A DNA stretch of 32,000 bases from Cupriavidus necator. GTDB lineage: Bacteria > Pseudomonadota > Gammaproteobacteria > Burkholderiales > Burkholderiaceae. The DNA is taken from positions 2,700,001-2,732,000 of the forward strand of contig NZ_CP066018.1 in the NCBI RefSeq assembly GCF_016127575.1, in the 5' to 3' direction. The stretch's first letter is position 1; every line of letters begins with the position of its first letter. Of this stretch, positions 17,678 to 25,999 are shown in pieces. The translations under genes were made by a program, and so were the position numbers. Below the pieces are notes generated by a model. That model was not told where the DNA came from. It saw nothing but the letters and a program-made list of their open reading frames with translations, and did no database searches.

Positions 17678-18874
17678 TCACTTGCGCTTGCCGATCGGCA
17701 CGAACTTCAGGTTCTCCGGACCGGTGTAGTTGGCGCTCGGGCGGATGATCTTGTTGTCGATGCGCTGCTCGATAATGTGCGCGGCCCAGCCCGAAGTACG
17801 CGCGATCACGAACAGCGGCGTGAACATCGCCGTCGGCACGCCCATCATGTGGTAGCTCACCGCGCTGAACCAGTCCAGGTTCGGGAACATCTTCTTGATG
17901 TCCCACATCACCGTTTCCAGGCGCTCGGCGATGTCGAACATCTTCATCGAGCCGGCATCCTTAGACAGCTTCTTCGCCACTTCCTTGATCACCTGGTTGC
18001 GCGGGTCGCCGGTGGTGTACACCGGGTGGCCGAAGCCGATCACGACTTCCTTGTTCCCGACGCGGCGCGTGATGTCGGCCTGGGCCTCGTCGGGGTTGTC
18101 GTAGCGCTTCTGGATCTCGAACGCGACTTCATTGGCGCCGCCGTGCTTGGGGCCGCGCAGCGCGCCGATGGCGCCGCTGATCGACGAATACATGTCCGAG
18201 CCCGTGCCGGCGATCACGCGGGCGGTGAAGGTCGAGGCGTTGAACTCGTGCTCGGCGTACAGGTTGAGCGAGGTGTGCATGGCGCGCTCCCACAGCGCCG
18301 ACGGCTTCTCGCCGTGCAGCAGGTGCAGGAAGTGGCCGCCGATGGAGTCATCGTCGGTTTCGACTTCGATACGGCGGCCGTTGTGGCTGTAGTGGTACCA
18401 GTACAGCAGCATCGAGCCGAGGCTGGCCATCAGCCGGTCGGCAATGTCGCGCGCGCCCGGGGTGTTGTGGTCTTCCTTCTCCGGCAGCACGGTGCCCAGC
18501 ACCGACACGCCGGTGCGCATCACGTCCATCGGGTGGGCGCTGGCGGGCACCCATTCCAACGCGGCCTTCACATTGGCGGGCAGGCCGCGCAGGCTCTTGA
18601 GCTTGGCCTTGTAGGCGGCCAGTTCGGATTTGGTCGGCAGCTTGCCGTGTACCAGCAGGTGGGCGATTTCCTCGAACTCGCAGGTCTCGGCGATGTCGAG
18701 GATGTCGTAGCCGCGGTAGTGCAGGTCGTTGCCGGTGCGGCCGACGGTGCACAGCGCGGTATTGCCGGCGGTCACGCCCGACAGGGCGACGGATTTCTTG
18801 ACCCGGGGCGCGGCCGGCTCGCTGGCCGTGGCGTCGGGTGCAGCGTCGGGTGCGGCGAACTTCGAGGCGGACAT
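17678..18874 (-). CDS. Citrate synthase family protein, short PrpC/2-methylcitrate-synthase-like type
   Basis: 398 aa from the ATG at 18872-18874, with AAGGAGA upstream. Family motifs: [46 protein letters not shown]. It is clearly distinct from the 433-aa type-II gltA at 26331. Confidence 0.9.
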   Translation of the reverse strand: MSASKFAAPDAAPDATASEPAAPRVKKSVALSGVTAGNTALCTVGRTGNDLHYRGYDILDIAETCEFEEIAHLLVHGKLPTKSELAAYKAKLKSLRGLPANVKAALEWVPASAHPMDVMRTGVSVLGTVLPEKEDHNTPGARDIADRLMASLGSMLLYWYHYSHNGRRIEVETDDDSIGGHFLHLLHGEKPSALWERAMHTSLNLYAEHEFNASTFTARVIAGTGSDMYSSISGAIGALRGPKHGGANEVAFEIQKRYDNPDEAQADITRRVGNKEVVIGFGHPVYTTGDPRNQVIKEVAKKLSKDAGSMKMFDIAERLETVMWDIKKMFPNLDWFSAVSYHMMGVPTAMFTPLFVIARTSGWAAHIIEQRIDNKIIRPSANYTGPENLKFVPIGKRK

Positions 18875-18924
18875 CCGTGTCTCCTTGGGCGCTGCCCTGT
18901 TTGTTTTTGGTACGGGTATCGGCT

Positions 18925-19905
18925 TCAGGCGAAAAACAATGCCTCCACATTGGCCGGCAGCGGCGTGCCGGTGGCCTGCGCGCGCTGCAGCAGCGACCAG
19001 TAGTAGCGGTAGCTGGCGCGGTCGTGCAGCTGGCCCTCGTGGCGGATCGGGGCCCAGCTGTTCTCGTGCGCGGCCAGCAGGATCTGGCTGGCCGCGCCGA
19101 TTTCTTCGGCACCGGGGCGGAACGCCGCCACGATCGGCGCGATCTGGCCCGGATGGATGCTCCATTTGCGCAGGTAGCCGAACTCGCTGCGCGCGCGCAG
19201 CGCATCGTCGCCGGCGCGCTGCGGCGCCTGCACGTCGGTGCTGACGTTGTGCGACGGCACCTTGCCGTGGCGGTGGCAGGCGGCGGAGATCTCCAGCATG
19301 GCGCGGCGGATCAGCGGGTGTTCGAATTGCTGTGGGGAGCGCATGGCTTCGCCCGGGATGGCGCCATGATGGGCCGAGACAAAGTCCATCAGGCCGAAGC
19401 TCAGGCATTCCACCTGCACCAGCGCGGCAATATCGAAGGCCTGTTCCAGCGCGGCGTGGGTCTCGACCAGCACATGGATCGGGATATGCCGGGCGATGCC
19501 GGCATTGCGCGCCACCTGGTTGACATGATCGGTCACGCGCGCAACCTCGACCACGTCGCTGACCTTGGGCACCACCACATAGGCCAGGCGCGCGCCGGCG
19601 GCGCGCACCAGCACGTCGACGTCCTCGCGCCAGTTCGGGTGGGCCGGGTCATGGATGCGCACGCCGACGCGATTGTGGGCATTGAGCGGGCTGTTGACCA
19701 GCTGCGCGCACAGCTCGGCATGCTCGCTCTCACGGCCGACGGCGGCGCCGTCCTCGCAGTCGAAGGTGATGTCGAAGACCGGGCCAAGCTCTTGTTGCAG
19801 GGCAAGCGATTTGCGCATCAGCTTTTCGCTGCCCGCGTAGTGGTCACACACCGGCAACTGGACCGGGATGGCTTCGCCCTGGAACAAGACCTCGGAAGGA
19901 TGCAC
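18925..19905 (-). CDS. HpcH/HpaI aldolase / citrate lyase beta subunit (CitE)-like acyl-CoA lyase family protein
   Basis: 326 aa with a GTG start in the track. [36 protein letters not shown]...VVPKV...LSFGLMDF is a CitE/malyl-CoA-lyase-like pattern. It lies 50 bp upstream of the PrpC-like gene on the same strand. Confidence 0.85.
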   Translation of the reverse strand: MHPSEVLFQGEAIPVQLPVCDHYAGSEKLMRKSLALQQELGPVFDITFDCEDGAAVGRESEHAELCAQLVNSPLNAHNRVGVRIHDPAHPNWREDVDVLVRAAGARLAYVVVPKVSDVVEVARVTDHVNQVARNAGIARHIPIHVLVETHAALEQAFDIAALVQVECLSFGLMDFVSAHHGAIPGEAMRSPQQFEHPLIRRAMLEISAACHRHGKVPSHNVSTDVQAPQRAGDDALRARSEFGYLRKWSIHPGQIAPIVAAFRPGAEEIGAASQILLAAHENSWAPIRHEGQLHDRASYRYYWSLLQRAQATGTPLPANVEALFFA

Positions 19906-19968
19906 GTTGATTCGGACCGGTTTGGGTTGAGGGGGGAGAGCAAGGGGACATCGTAGCCCCTGGATATT

Positions 19969-20016
19969 AAAAAACCGGGGTCCGCACTGATTCGTGAATC
20001 GTTGCGGAACCCCGGT
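19969..20016 (-). terminator. Intrinsic terminator/attenuator between mdh and the CitE-like gene
   Basis: On the minus strand, ACCGGGGTTCCGCA-(16 nt)-TGCGGACCCCGGT is followed by TTTTTTAATAT. It begins about 22 nt after the mdh stop. Confidence 0.7.
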
Positions 20017-20038
20017 CTTTCCTCGAGCGATCGGAGGA

Positions 20039-21022
20039 TCAGCCCAGCAGGTGCTGCACGCCGGCCTTTTCTTCTTCCAGTTCGTTCAGGGTGATATTGA
20101 TCTTTTCCTGGCTGTAGGCGTCGATCTCCAGACCCTTGACGATCTCGTACTTGCCGTTGGCGGTGGTCACCGGGTAGCCGAACATGGTGTCGGCCGGGAT
20201 GCCGTATTCACCGTTCGACGGGATGCCCATGGTGACGACCTTGCCGTTGGTGCCCAGCACCCAGTCGCGCACGTGGTCGATGGCAGCGTTGGCGGCCGAA
20301 GCAGCCGACGACAGGCCACGCGCTTCGATGATGGCGGCGCCGCGCTTGCCGACGGTCGGCAGGAACACGTCGTTGTTCCACACCGGGTCGTTGATCAGGT
20401 CCTTGACGCTCTTGCCGTCGACGGTGGCATAGCGGTAGTCGGCGTACATGGTCGGGCTGTGGTTGCCCCACACGAACAGCTTCTCGATCGACGACACCGG
20501 CTTGCCGGTCTTGGCGGCGATTTGCGACAGGGCACGGTTGTGGTCCAGGCGCAGCATCGCGGTGAAGTTCTCGCGCGGCAGGTTCGGTGCCGACTTCATG
20601 GCGATGTAGGCGTTGGTGTTGGCCGGGTTGCCGACCACCAGCACCTTGACGTTGCGGCTGGCGACTTCGTCCAGCGCCTTGCCCTGCACCGTGAAGATCT
20701 GGGCATTGGCTTCGAGCAGGTCCTTGCGCTCCATACCCTTGCTGCGCGGACGGGCGCCAACCAGCAGGGCCACGTCGGCGTCCTTGAAGGCAACCTTGGG
20801 GTCGTCGGTGATGACCACGCCGGCCAGCAGCGGGAACGCGCAGTCTTCCAGTTCCATCACCACGCCCTTGACGGCTTGCTGGGCTTGCGGGAGGTCGAGC
20901 AGTTGGAGGATGACCGGCTGGTCTTTGCCCAGCATGTCGCCATTGGCGATGCGGAACAGCAGGGAGTAGCCGATCTGGCCAGCGGCGCCGGTCACTGCGA
21001 CGCGCATTGGGGCTTTAGCCAT
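20039..21022 (-). CDS. mdh: Malate dehydrogenase (NAD-dependent, 327-aa type)
   Basis: [45 protein letters not shown]... is full-length and colinear with proteobacterial/cytosolic-type MDH. GGAGA lies upstream of the ATG. Confidence 0.97.
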   Translation of the reverse strand: MAKAPMRVAVTGAAGQIGYSLLFRIANGDMLGKDQPVILQLLDLPQAQQAVKGVVMELEDCAFPLLAGVVITDDPKVAFKDADVALLVGARPRSKGMERKDLLEANAQIFTVQGKALDEVASRNVKVLVVGNPANTNAYIAMKSAPNLPRENFTAMLRLDHNRALSQIAAKTGKPVSSIEKLFVWGNHSPTMYADYRYATVDGKSVKDLINDPVWNNDVFLPTVGKRGAAIIEARGLSSAASAANAAIDHVRDWVLGTNGKVVTMGIPSNGEYGIPADTMFGYPVTTANGKYEIVKGLEIDAYSQEKINITLNELEEEKAGVQHLLG

Positions 21023-21345
21023 GAGTAAATCTCCAAACGATAGAAGGGGGGAAGCCGGTCGGTGGCATGCCGTTGCCGTAACAAGGGGTGCGGCGGGTCA
21101 CCGGGTGCTGGTTGTCGCCACAGCGGGGAGCGGCCGTCCGCCGGAGCCAGGTGGCGGGGCCACGGGGCGGAACCGGTGAGGGAGAGCCACAACGGGTCAT
21201 GGTGATGCAACAAAGCGTTAGTCTACTGCGAAGCGTGGCGCCATTTCCAGACCGGAGCGCTGCCGAGATTCTGCCGGGCCGACACATTCCGGTATCCTGA
21301 CTGCTGCTGGCGTGCCTGGGGCCATCGCGGGCGTGGACCAGCGCG

Positions 21346-21374
21346 AGTGTAGGCCGGGCCTCCCGTGATGTCAA
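21346..21374 (-). promoter_or_regulatory. Candidate sigma70 promoter reading toward mdh
   Basis: On the minus strand: TTGACA (plus coordinates 21369-21374), exactly 17 nt spacer, TACACT (21346-21351). The predicted start is near 21339, about 315 nt upstream of the mdh ATG. Confidence 0.4.
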
Positions 21375-21378
21375 CTCA

Positions 21379-21403
21379 TATGTCTTATATAAGACATAAG
21401 ACA
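21379..21403. promoter_or_regulatory. Perfect 20-bp palindrome plus a third half-site; candidate HutC/GntR-type operator
   Basis: TATGTCTTATATAAGACATA (21379-21398) is perfectly self-complementary with GTCT/AGAC arms. TAAGACA is tandemly repeated (21390-21396 and 21397-21403). The site lies 5 nt from the TTGACA of the mdh-ward promoter and about 50 nt upstream of the GntR ATG. Confidence 0.55.
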
Positions 21404-21452
21404 ATTAACGTAAGGCTGGACGTATCTTGCCCTTTTGTGGTGAAATCCCGCT

Positions 21453-22334
21453 ATGTCCTCCCTGCCTACGTCCCTGACTGGCGCAGCCGCACCCGGCGCG
21501 CCGGAATCTGGCGCCGCCACGCCTGGCGCCGGGGCGCAGCCGCCTTCTTCGCCGCCCGCGCCTGTGCCGCAGGCGGCCCCGCAATCTGGTCCCGCCTCTG
21601 GTCTGCAGTCCGTGCCGTCGCCCACCTTCAGTCCGCTCTACCAGCAGATCAAGGCGCTGATCACGCGCAGCCTGCAATCCGGCGAATGGAAGCCCGGCGA
21701 GATGATCCCCAGCGAAATGGAGCTGGCCTCGCGCTACAAGGTCAGCCAGGGCACGGTGCGCAAGGCCATCGATGAACTCGCCGCCGAGAACCTGGTGGCG
21801 CGCCGGCAGGGCAAGGGCACTTTCGTGACCACGCACCATGAAGACGTGGTCAAGTTCCGCTTCCTGCGCCTCGTCCCGGACGAAGGCGAACCCCATTATG
21901 GCGCCAGCCGCGTGCTGGAATGCAAGCGCCTGCGCGCCCCCGCCGAAATTGCCCGGCTGCTCGACATCCGCACCGGCGACAGCGTGGTGCAGATCCGCCG
22001 CGTGCTGAATTTCTCGGGCGAGTCGACCGTGCTGGATGAAATCTGGCTGCTCGGCGCCAACTTCAAGGGCCTCACCGCTGAAAAGCTGACCGAGTGGAAG
22101 GGCCCCATGTATGCATTGTTCGAGGCCGAGTTCGGTACGCGCATGATCCGCGCCTCGGAGAAGATCCGCGCCGTGCCTGCCGATGAAACCGCGGCCGAGT
22201 TGCTGTCTGTCCCGGTAGGCTCGCCGCTGCTGTCAGTCGAGCGGGTGTCGTACACCTATGGCGACCGCCCCGTCGAAGTGCGCCGCGGGCTGTACGTGAC
22301 TACGCGGCACTATTACCAGAACGACCTGAGCTGA
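21453..22334 (+). CDS. GntR-family transcriptional regulator, HutC subfamily (wHTH + UTRA domain) with a Pro/Ala/Ser-rich N-terminal extension
   Basis: SPLYQQIKALITRSLQSGEWKPGEMIPSEMELASRYKVSQGTVRKAIDELAAENLVARRQGKGTFV is the GntR wHTH. The C-terminal ~150 aa are UTRA-like. The first 53 codons are low-complexity. An alternative in-frame GTG is at 21612. Confidence 0.9.
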   Translation: MSSLPTSLTGAAAPGAPESGAATPGAGAQPPSSPPAPVPQAAPQSGPASGLQSVPSPTFSPLYQQIKALITRSLQSGEWKPGEMIPSEMELASRYKVSQGTVRKAIDELAAENLVARRQGKGTFVTTHHEDVVKFRFLRLVPDEGEPHYGASRVLECKRLRAPAEIARLLDIRTGDSVVQIRRVLNFSGESTVLDEIWLLGANFKGLTAEKLTEWKGPMYALFEAEFGTRMIRASEKIRAVPADETAAELLSVPVGSPLLSVERVSYTYGDRPVEVRRGLYVTTRHYYQNDLS

Positions 22335-22449
22335 CGCCGGCGCATGGCATGATGCGCCCGCTGGCGTTGATTATTGTGGCTTTCGTCATGACGGTGCGGG
22401 CTGTTGCGCGGCGCGGCTAATGTTGCGCTGGATTGCCCGCCGGATGTGA

Positions 22450-22508
22450 TTGGTGTGCGATTGTCGGGCGGCACCTGTTGGTGCCTGATAGCTGAAAATT
22501 ATTGGTGC
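22450..22508 (+). repeat. Three direct copies of TTGGTG(C/T) upstream of sdhC
   Basis: TTGGTGT at 22450-22456, TTGGTGC at 22478-22484, TTGGTGC at 22502-22508. The middle copy is the right arm of the palindrome GGCACCTGTTGGTGCC (22470-22485). A TAAAAT hexamer follows at 22527-22532. Confidence 0.35.
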
Positions 22509-22614
22509 AGCGCGCAACAAAGGCGCTAAAATCTCATGGATTTGCCCTAATGCATCCCGTTGCATGCAGGGCAGTGGCAGTTTCGTTTTTTGTTTACCGC
22601 AAATGGGGTCTCGC

Positions 22615-23025
22615 ATGGCTGAAGCCGTCAAACAAGCCAGGCCGGAGTACCGGAATATCGGTATCGCGCAGATTGCGCGCTACCGGTTGCCCTGGGCCGG
22701 CAAGGTATCCATCCTGCATCGCGTGAGCGGTGCACTGATGTTCCTCCTCCTTCCCTTCGTCCTGTATCTGTTTGAGCAGAGCATAACTTCGGAACTGAGC
22801 TTCGCAAAGTTCTCGGCGCTTCTGTCCGGTGGCTTCGTCAAGCTGGTTCTGCTGGTCCTGATCTGGGGTTATCTGCATCACTTCTGCGCGGGTATCCGTT
22901 TCCTGCTGCTGGATGTGCACGTCGGCGTTTCCAAGCCGGCCTCGGCCAAGTCTGCCATCGGCGTGCTGGTTGTGAGCCTGCTGCTTACCCTGATTTTCGG
23001 CCTGAAGCTGTTCGGCCTGTTCTGA
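22615..23025 (+). CDS. sdhC: Succinate dehydrogenase cytochrome b556 subunit
   Basis: MAEAVKQARPEYRNIGIAQIARYRLPWAGKVSILHRVSGALMFLLLPF... has three TM helices and the HR/H heme-ligand context. It is the first gene of the sdhCDAB order. An alternative ATG is at 22603. Confidence 0.9.
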   Translation: MAEAVKQARPEYRNIGIAQIARYRLPWAGKVSILHRVSGALMFLLLPFVLYLFEQSITSELSFAKFSALLSGGFVKLVLLVLIWGYLHHFCAGIRFLLLDVHVGVSKPASAKSAIGVLVVSLLLTLIFGLKLFGLF

Positions 23026-23036
23026 GGAGAATCAAG

Positions 23037-23402
23037 GTGGCAAACAATAATATCGGTCCCAAGCGTCTTGTCGTCGGTGCGCACTACGGCCTGAAAGACT
23101 GGCTGGCGCAGCGCGTCACGGCCGTGATCATGGTGGTCTTCACCGTGGTCCTGGCCATTGCCTTCCTGCTGTCGAACGGCGCTTCGTATGAAGCGTGGGC
23201 AGGGCTCTTCTCCAACCAGTGGATGAAGATCATCACGTTCCTGACCATCCTGTCGCTGCTGTATCACGCCTGGATCGGCGTGCGCGACATCTGGATGGAC
23301 TATGTGCGTCCGATGGCGGTTCGCCTCGTGCTGCAAGTTCTTACGATTCTGTGGCTCGTCGGTTGCGCGGGCTACGCTGCTCAGATTCTCTGGAGGGTGT
23401 AA
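23037..23402 (+). CDS. sdhD: Succinate dehydrogenase hydrophobic membrane anchor subunit
   Basis: 121 aa. GTG start preceded by GAGGAG. Three TM helices (…WLAQRVTAVIMVVF…LLYHAWIGVRDIWMDY…). Position is between sdhC and sdhA. Confidence 0.92.
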   Translation: MANNNIGPKRLVVGAHYGLKDWLAQRVTAVIMVVFTVVLAIAFLLSNGASYEAWAGLFSNQWMKIITFLTILSLLYHAWIGVRDIWMDYVRPMAVRLVLQVLTILWLVGCAGYAAQILWRV

Positions 23403-23405
23403 TAA

Positions 23406-25184
23406 ATGGTCGCAGTCAAGACTGGATTGCCGCGTCGCCGTTTCGACGTGGTCATCGTCGGTGCTGGCGGCGCCGGGATGCGCGCATCCCTCCAGCTCGC
23501 GGAAGCCGGCCTGAACGTGGCCGTGCTGTCCAAGGTGTTCCCGACGCGCTCGCACACGGTGGCGGCACAGGGCGGCATCGGCGCTTCGCTGGGGAACATG
23601 AGCGAAGACAACTGGCACTACCACTTCTACGACACCATCAAGGGCTCGGACTGGCTGGGTGACCAGGACGCCATCGAGTTCATGTGCCGTGAAGCCCCGA
23701 AGGTCGTGTACGAGCTCGAACACTTCGGCATGCCGTTCGACCGCAACCCCGACGGCACCATCTACCAGCGTCCGTTCGGCGGCCACACCGCCAACTACGG
23801 TGAAAAGCCGGTGCAGCGCGCCTGCGCCGCGGCTGACCGTACCGGCCACGCGCTGCTGCACACGCTGTACCAGCGCAACGTGCGCGCCAAGACCCACTTC
23901 TTCGTCGAGTGGATGGCGCTGGACCTGATCCGCGACCAGGACGGCGACGTGCTGGGCGTGACCGCGCTGGAAATGGAAACCGGCGAGGTCTACATCCTCG
24001 AAGCCAAGACCACGCTGTTCGCGACCGGCGGTGCCGGCCGTATCTATGCAGCTTCCACCAACGCCTTCATCAACACCGGTGACGGCCTGGGCATGGCAGC
24101 GCGCGCAGGCGTGCCGCTGGAAGACATGGAGTTCTGGCAGTTTCACCCGACCGGCGTGGCCGGCGCGGGCGTGCTGATCACCGAAGGCGTGCGCGGCGAA
24201 GGCGGTATCCTGCGCAACAAGGACGGCGAGCGCTTCATGGAGCGCTATGCCCCGACGCTGAAGGACCTGGCGCCGCGTGACTTCGTCTCGCGCTCGATGG
24301 ACCAGGAAATCAAGGAAGGCCGCGGCTGCGGCCCGAACGGCGACTACGTGCTGCTCGACCTGACCCACGTCGGTGCCGAGACCATCATGAAGCGCCTGCC
24401 GTCGATCCGCGAAATCGGCATGAAGTTCGCCAACGTCGACGCGATCAAGGAACCGATCCCGGTGGTCCCGACCATCCACTACCAGATGGGCGGTATCCCG
24501 ACCAACTATCACGGCCAGGTCGTGGTGCCTAAGAACGGCAACCCGAACGAAGTCCTGAACGGTTTCTACGCGATCGGCGAATGCTCGTGCGTGTCGGTGC
24601 ACGGCGCCAACCGCCTGGGCACCAACTCGCTGCTGGACCTGGTGGTGTTCGGCCGCGCCGCCGGCAACCACATCATCGCCCAGAACCTGAAGCAGAAAGA
24701 GCACAAGCCGCTGCCGGCCGACGCCGCCGACCTGGCGCTGTCGCGCCTGGCCAAGCTGCAGTCGTCGTCCTCGGGCGAGTACACGCAGGACGTTGCCAAC
24801 GACATCCGCAAGAACATGCAGTCGCATGCCGGCGTGTTCCGTACCCAGAAGCTGATGGACGAAGGCGTCGAGCGCATCCTGGAAGTGTCGCAGCGTGCCG
24901 ACAACATCCACCTGAAGGACAAGTCCAAGGTCTTCAACACCGCGCTGGTGGAAGCCCTCGAAGTGGCCAACCTGGTGGAAGTGGCCAAGGCCACCATGAT
25001 CTCGGCGGCCGCCCGCAAGGAATCGCGCGGTGCCCACGCGCACAGCGACTTCCCGAATCGCGACGACCAGAACTGGCTCAAGCACACGCTGTTCTACAGC
25101 GAAGGCAACCGCCTCGACTACAAGCCGGTGAAGATGGAACCGCTGACGGTGGAAAGCGTGCCGCCGAAGGCCCGTACCTTCTGA
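23406..25184 (+). CDS. sdhA: Succinate dehydrogenase flavoprotein subunit
   Basis: 592 aa. FAD-binding VVIVGAGGAGMRASL. Covalent-FAD histidine context RSHTVAAQGGI. Full-length colinearity with SdhA. Confidence 0.98.
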   Translation: MVAVKTGLPRRRFDVVIVGAGGAGMRASLQLAEAGLNVAVLSKVFPTRSHTVAAQGGIGASLGNMSEDNWHYHFYDTIKGSDWLGDQDAIEFMCREAPKVVYELEHFGMPFDRNPDGTIYQRPFGGHTANYGEKPVQRACAAADRTGHALLHTLYQRNVRAKTHFFVEWMALDLIRDQDGDVLGVTALEMETGEVYILEAKTTLFATGGAGRIYAASTNAFINTGDGLGMAARAGVPLEDMEFWQFHPTGVAGAGVLITEGVRGEGGILRNKDGERFMERYAPTLKDLAPRDFVSRSMDQEIKEGRGCGPNGDYVLLDLTHVGAETIMKRLPSIREIGMKFANVDAIKEPIPVVPTIHYQMGGIPTNYHGQVVVPKNGNPNEVLNGFYAIGECSCVSVHGANRLGTNSLLDLVVFGRAAGNHIIAQNLKQKEHKPLPADAADLALSRLAKLQSSSSGEYTQDVANDIRKNMQSHAGVFRTQKLMDEGVERILEVSQRADNIHLKDKSKVFNTALVEALEVANLVEVAKATMISAAARKESRGAHAHSDFPNRDDQNWLKHTLFYSEGNRLDYKPVKMEPLTVESVPPKARTF

Positions 25185-25218
25185 GCACCGCATCGTAGAG
25201 ACAACAGGACCCACAGAA

Positions 25219-25920
25219 ATGAAGCGTATTTTCGAAGTCTACCGCTACGATCCGGACAAGGATGCGGCACCGCGCATGCAGACCTACGAGGTCGAGCTGG
25301 ACGGTCACGAGCGCATGCTGCTGGACGCGCTGGTCAAGCTGAAGAAGCTGGACGAGACCATCTCGTTCCGCCGTTCGTGCCGCGAAGGCGTGTGCGGCTC
25401 GGACGCGATGAACATCAACGGCAAGAACGGCCTGGCCTGCCTGACCAATATGCGCGAGCTGCCGGACCGCATCGTGCTGCGTCCGCTGCCCGGCCTGCCG
25501 GTGGTGCGCGACCTGATCGTCGACATGACGAACTTCTTCAAGCAGTACAACTCGATCAAGCCGTTCCTGATCAACGACGAGCCGCCGCCCGAGAAAGAGC
25601 GCCTGCAGTCGCCGGAAGAGCGTGACGAGCTGGATGGCCTGTACGAGTGCATTCTCTGCGCCAGCTGCTCGACGTCGTGCCCGTCGTTCTGGTGGAACCC
25701 GGACAAGTTCGTCGGCCCCGCCGGCCTGCTGCAGGCTTACCGCTTCATCGCGGACAGCCGCGACCAGGCCACCAACGAGCGCCTGGACAACCTGAACGAC
25801 CCGTACCGCCTGTTCCGCTGCCACAGCATCATGAACTGCGTCGATGTGTGCCCGAAGGGTCTGAACCCGACCAAGGCCATCGGCAAGATCAAGGAGCTGA
25901 TGGTCCGCCGCGCGGTCTGA
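25219..25920 (+). CDS. sdhB: Succinate dehydrogenase iron-sulfur subunit
   Basis: 233 aa with three Cys clusters: CREGVCGSDAMNINGKNGLAC, CILCASCSTSCPS, CHSIMNCVDVCPKGLNP. Confidence 0.98.
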   Translation: MKRIFEVYRYDPDKDAAPRMQTYEVELDGHERMLLDALVKLKKLDETISFRRSCREGVCGSDAMNINGKNGLACLTNMRELPDRIVLRPLPGLPVVRDLIVDMTNFFKQYNSIKPFLINDEPPPEKERLQSPEERDELDGLYECILCASCSTSCPSFWWNPDKFVGPAGLLQAYRFIADSRDQATNERLDNLNDPYRLFRCHSIMNCVDVCPKGLNPTKAIGKIKELMVRRAV

Positions 25921-25946
25921 GCCTGCGGCTGTCTGCAGTAGTAAGC

Positions 25947-25985
25947 GGCGCGTCAGCCAGAGCGGCTATATCTGGCTGGCGCGCC
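25947..25985 (+). other. Strong intercistronic hairpin between sdhB and sdhE
   Basis: GGCGCGTCAGCCAGA-(9 nt)-TCTGGCTGGCGCGCC is a 15-bp stem with one G-U pair. There is no U-tract. It ends 14 nt before the sdhE ATG. Confidence 0.5.
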
Positions 25986-25999
25986 GAAAGTAGGAAGCC

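Noticed and set aside
17777-21028. Plus-strand ORFs of 408, 372 and 344 aa (17777-19003, 18838-19956, 19994-21028)
   Set aside because: Antisense to the PrpC-like, CitE-like and mdh genes respectively. They have the same shadow-ORF composition.
21015-21404. 129-aa minus-strand ORF in the mdh-gntR spacer
   Set aside because: It is Arg/Pro/Cys/Thr-rich, has no SD, and overlaps the mdh start and the palindromic operator. I treat it as non-coding leader sequence.
22470-22485. GGCACCTGTTGGTGCC as a sigma-54 (-24/-12) promoter
   Set aside because: The GG-to-GC spacing is one nt too long relative to TGGCAC-N5-TTGC, and the -12 element is GGTGC rather than TTGC. It is better described as a palindrome.
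22878-25214. 778-aa ORF on the minus strand
   Set aside because: Antisense to sdhD and sdhA. It is a shadow ORF caused by GC3 bias with no motifs.
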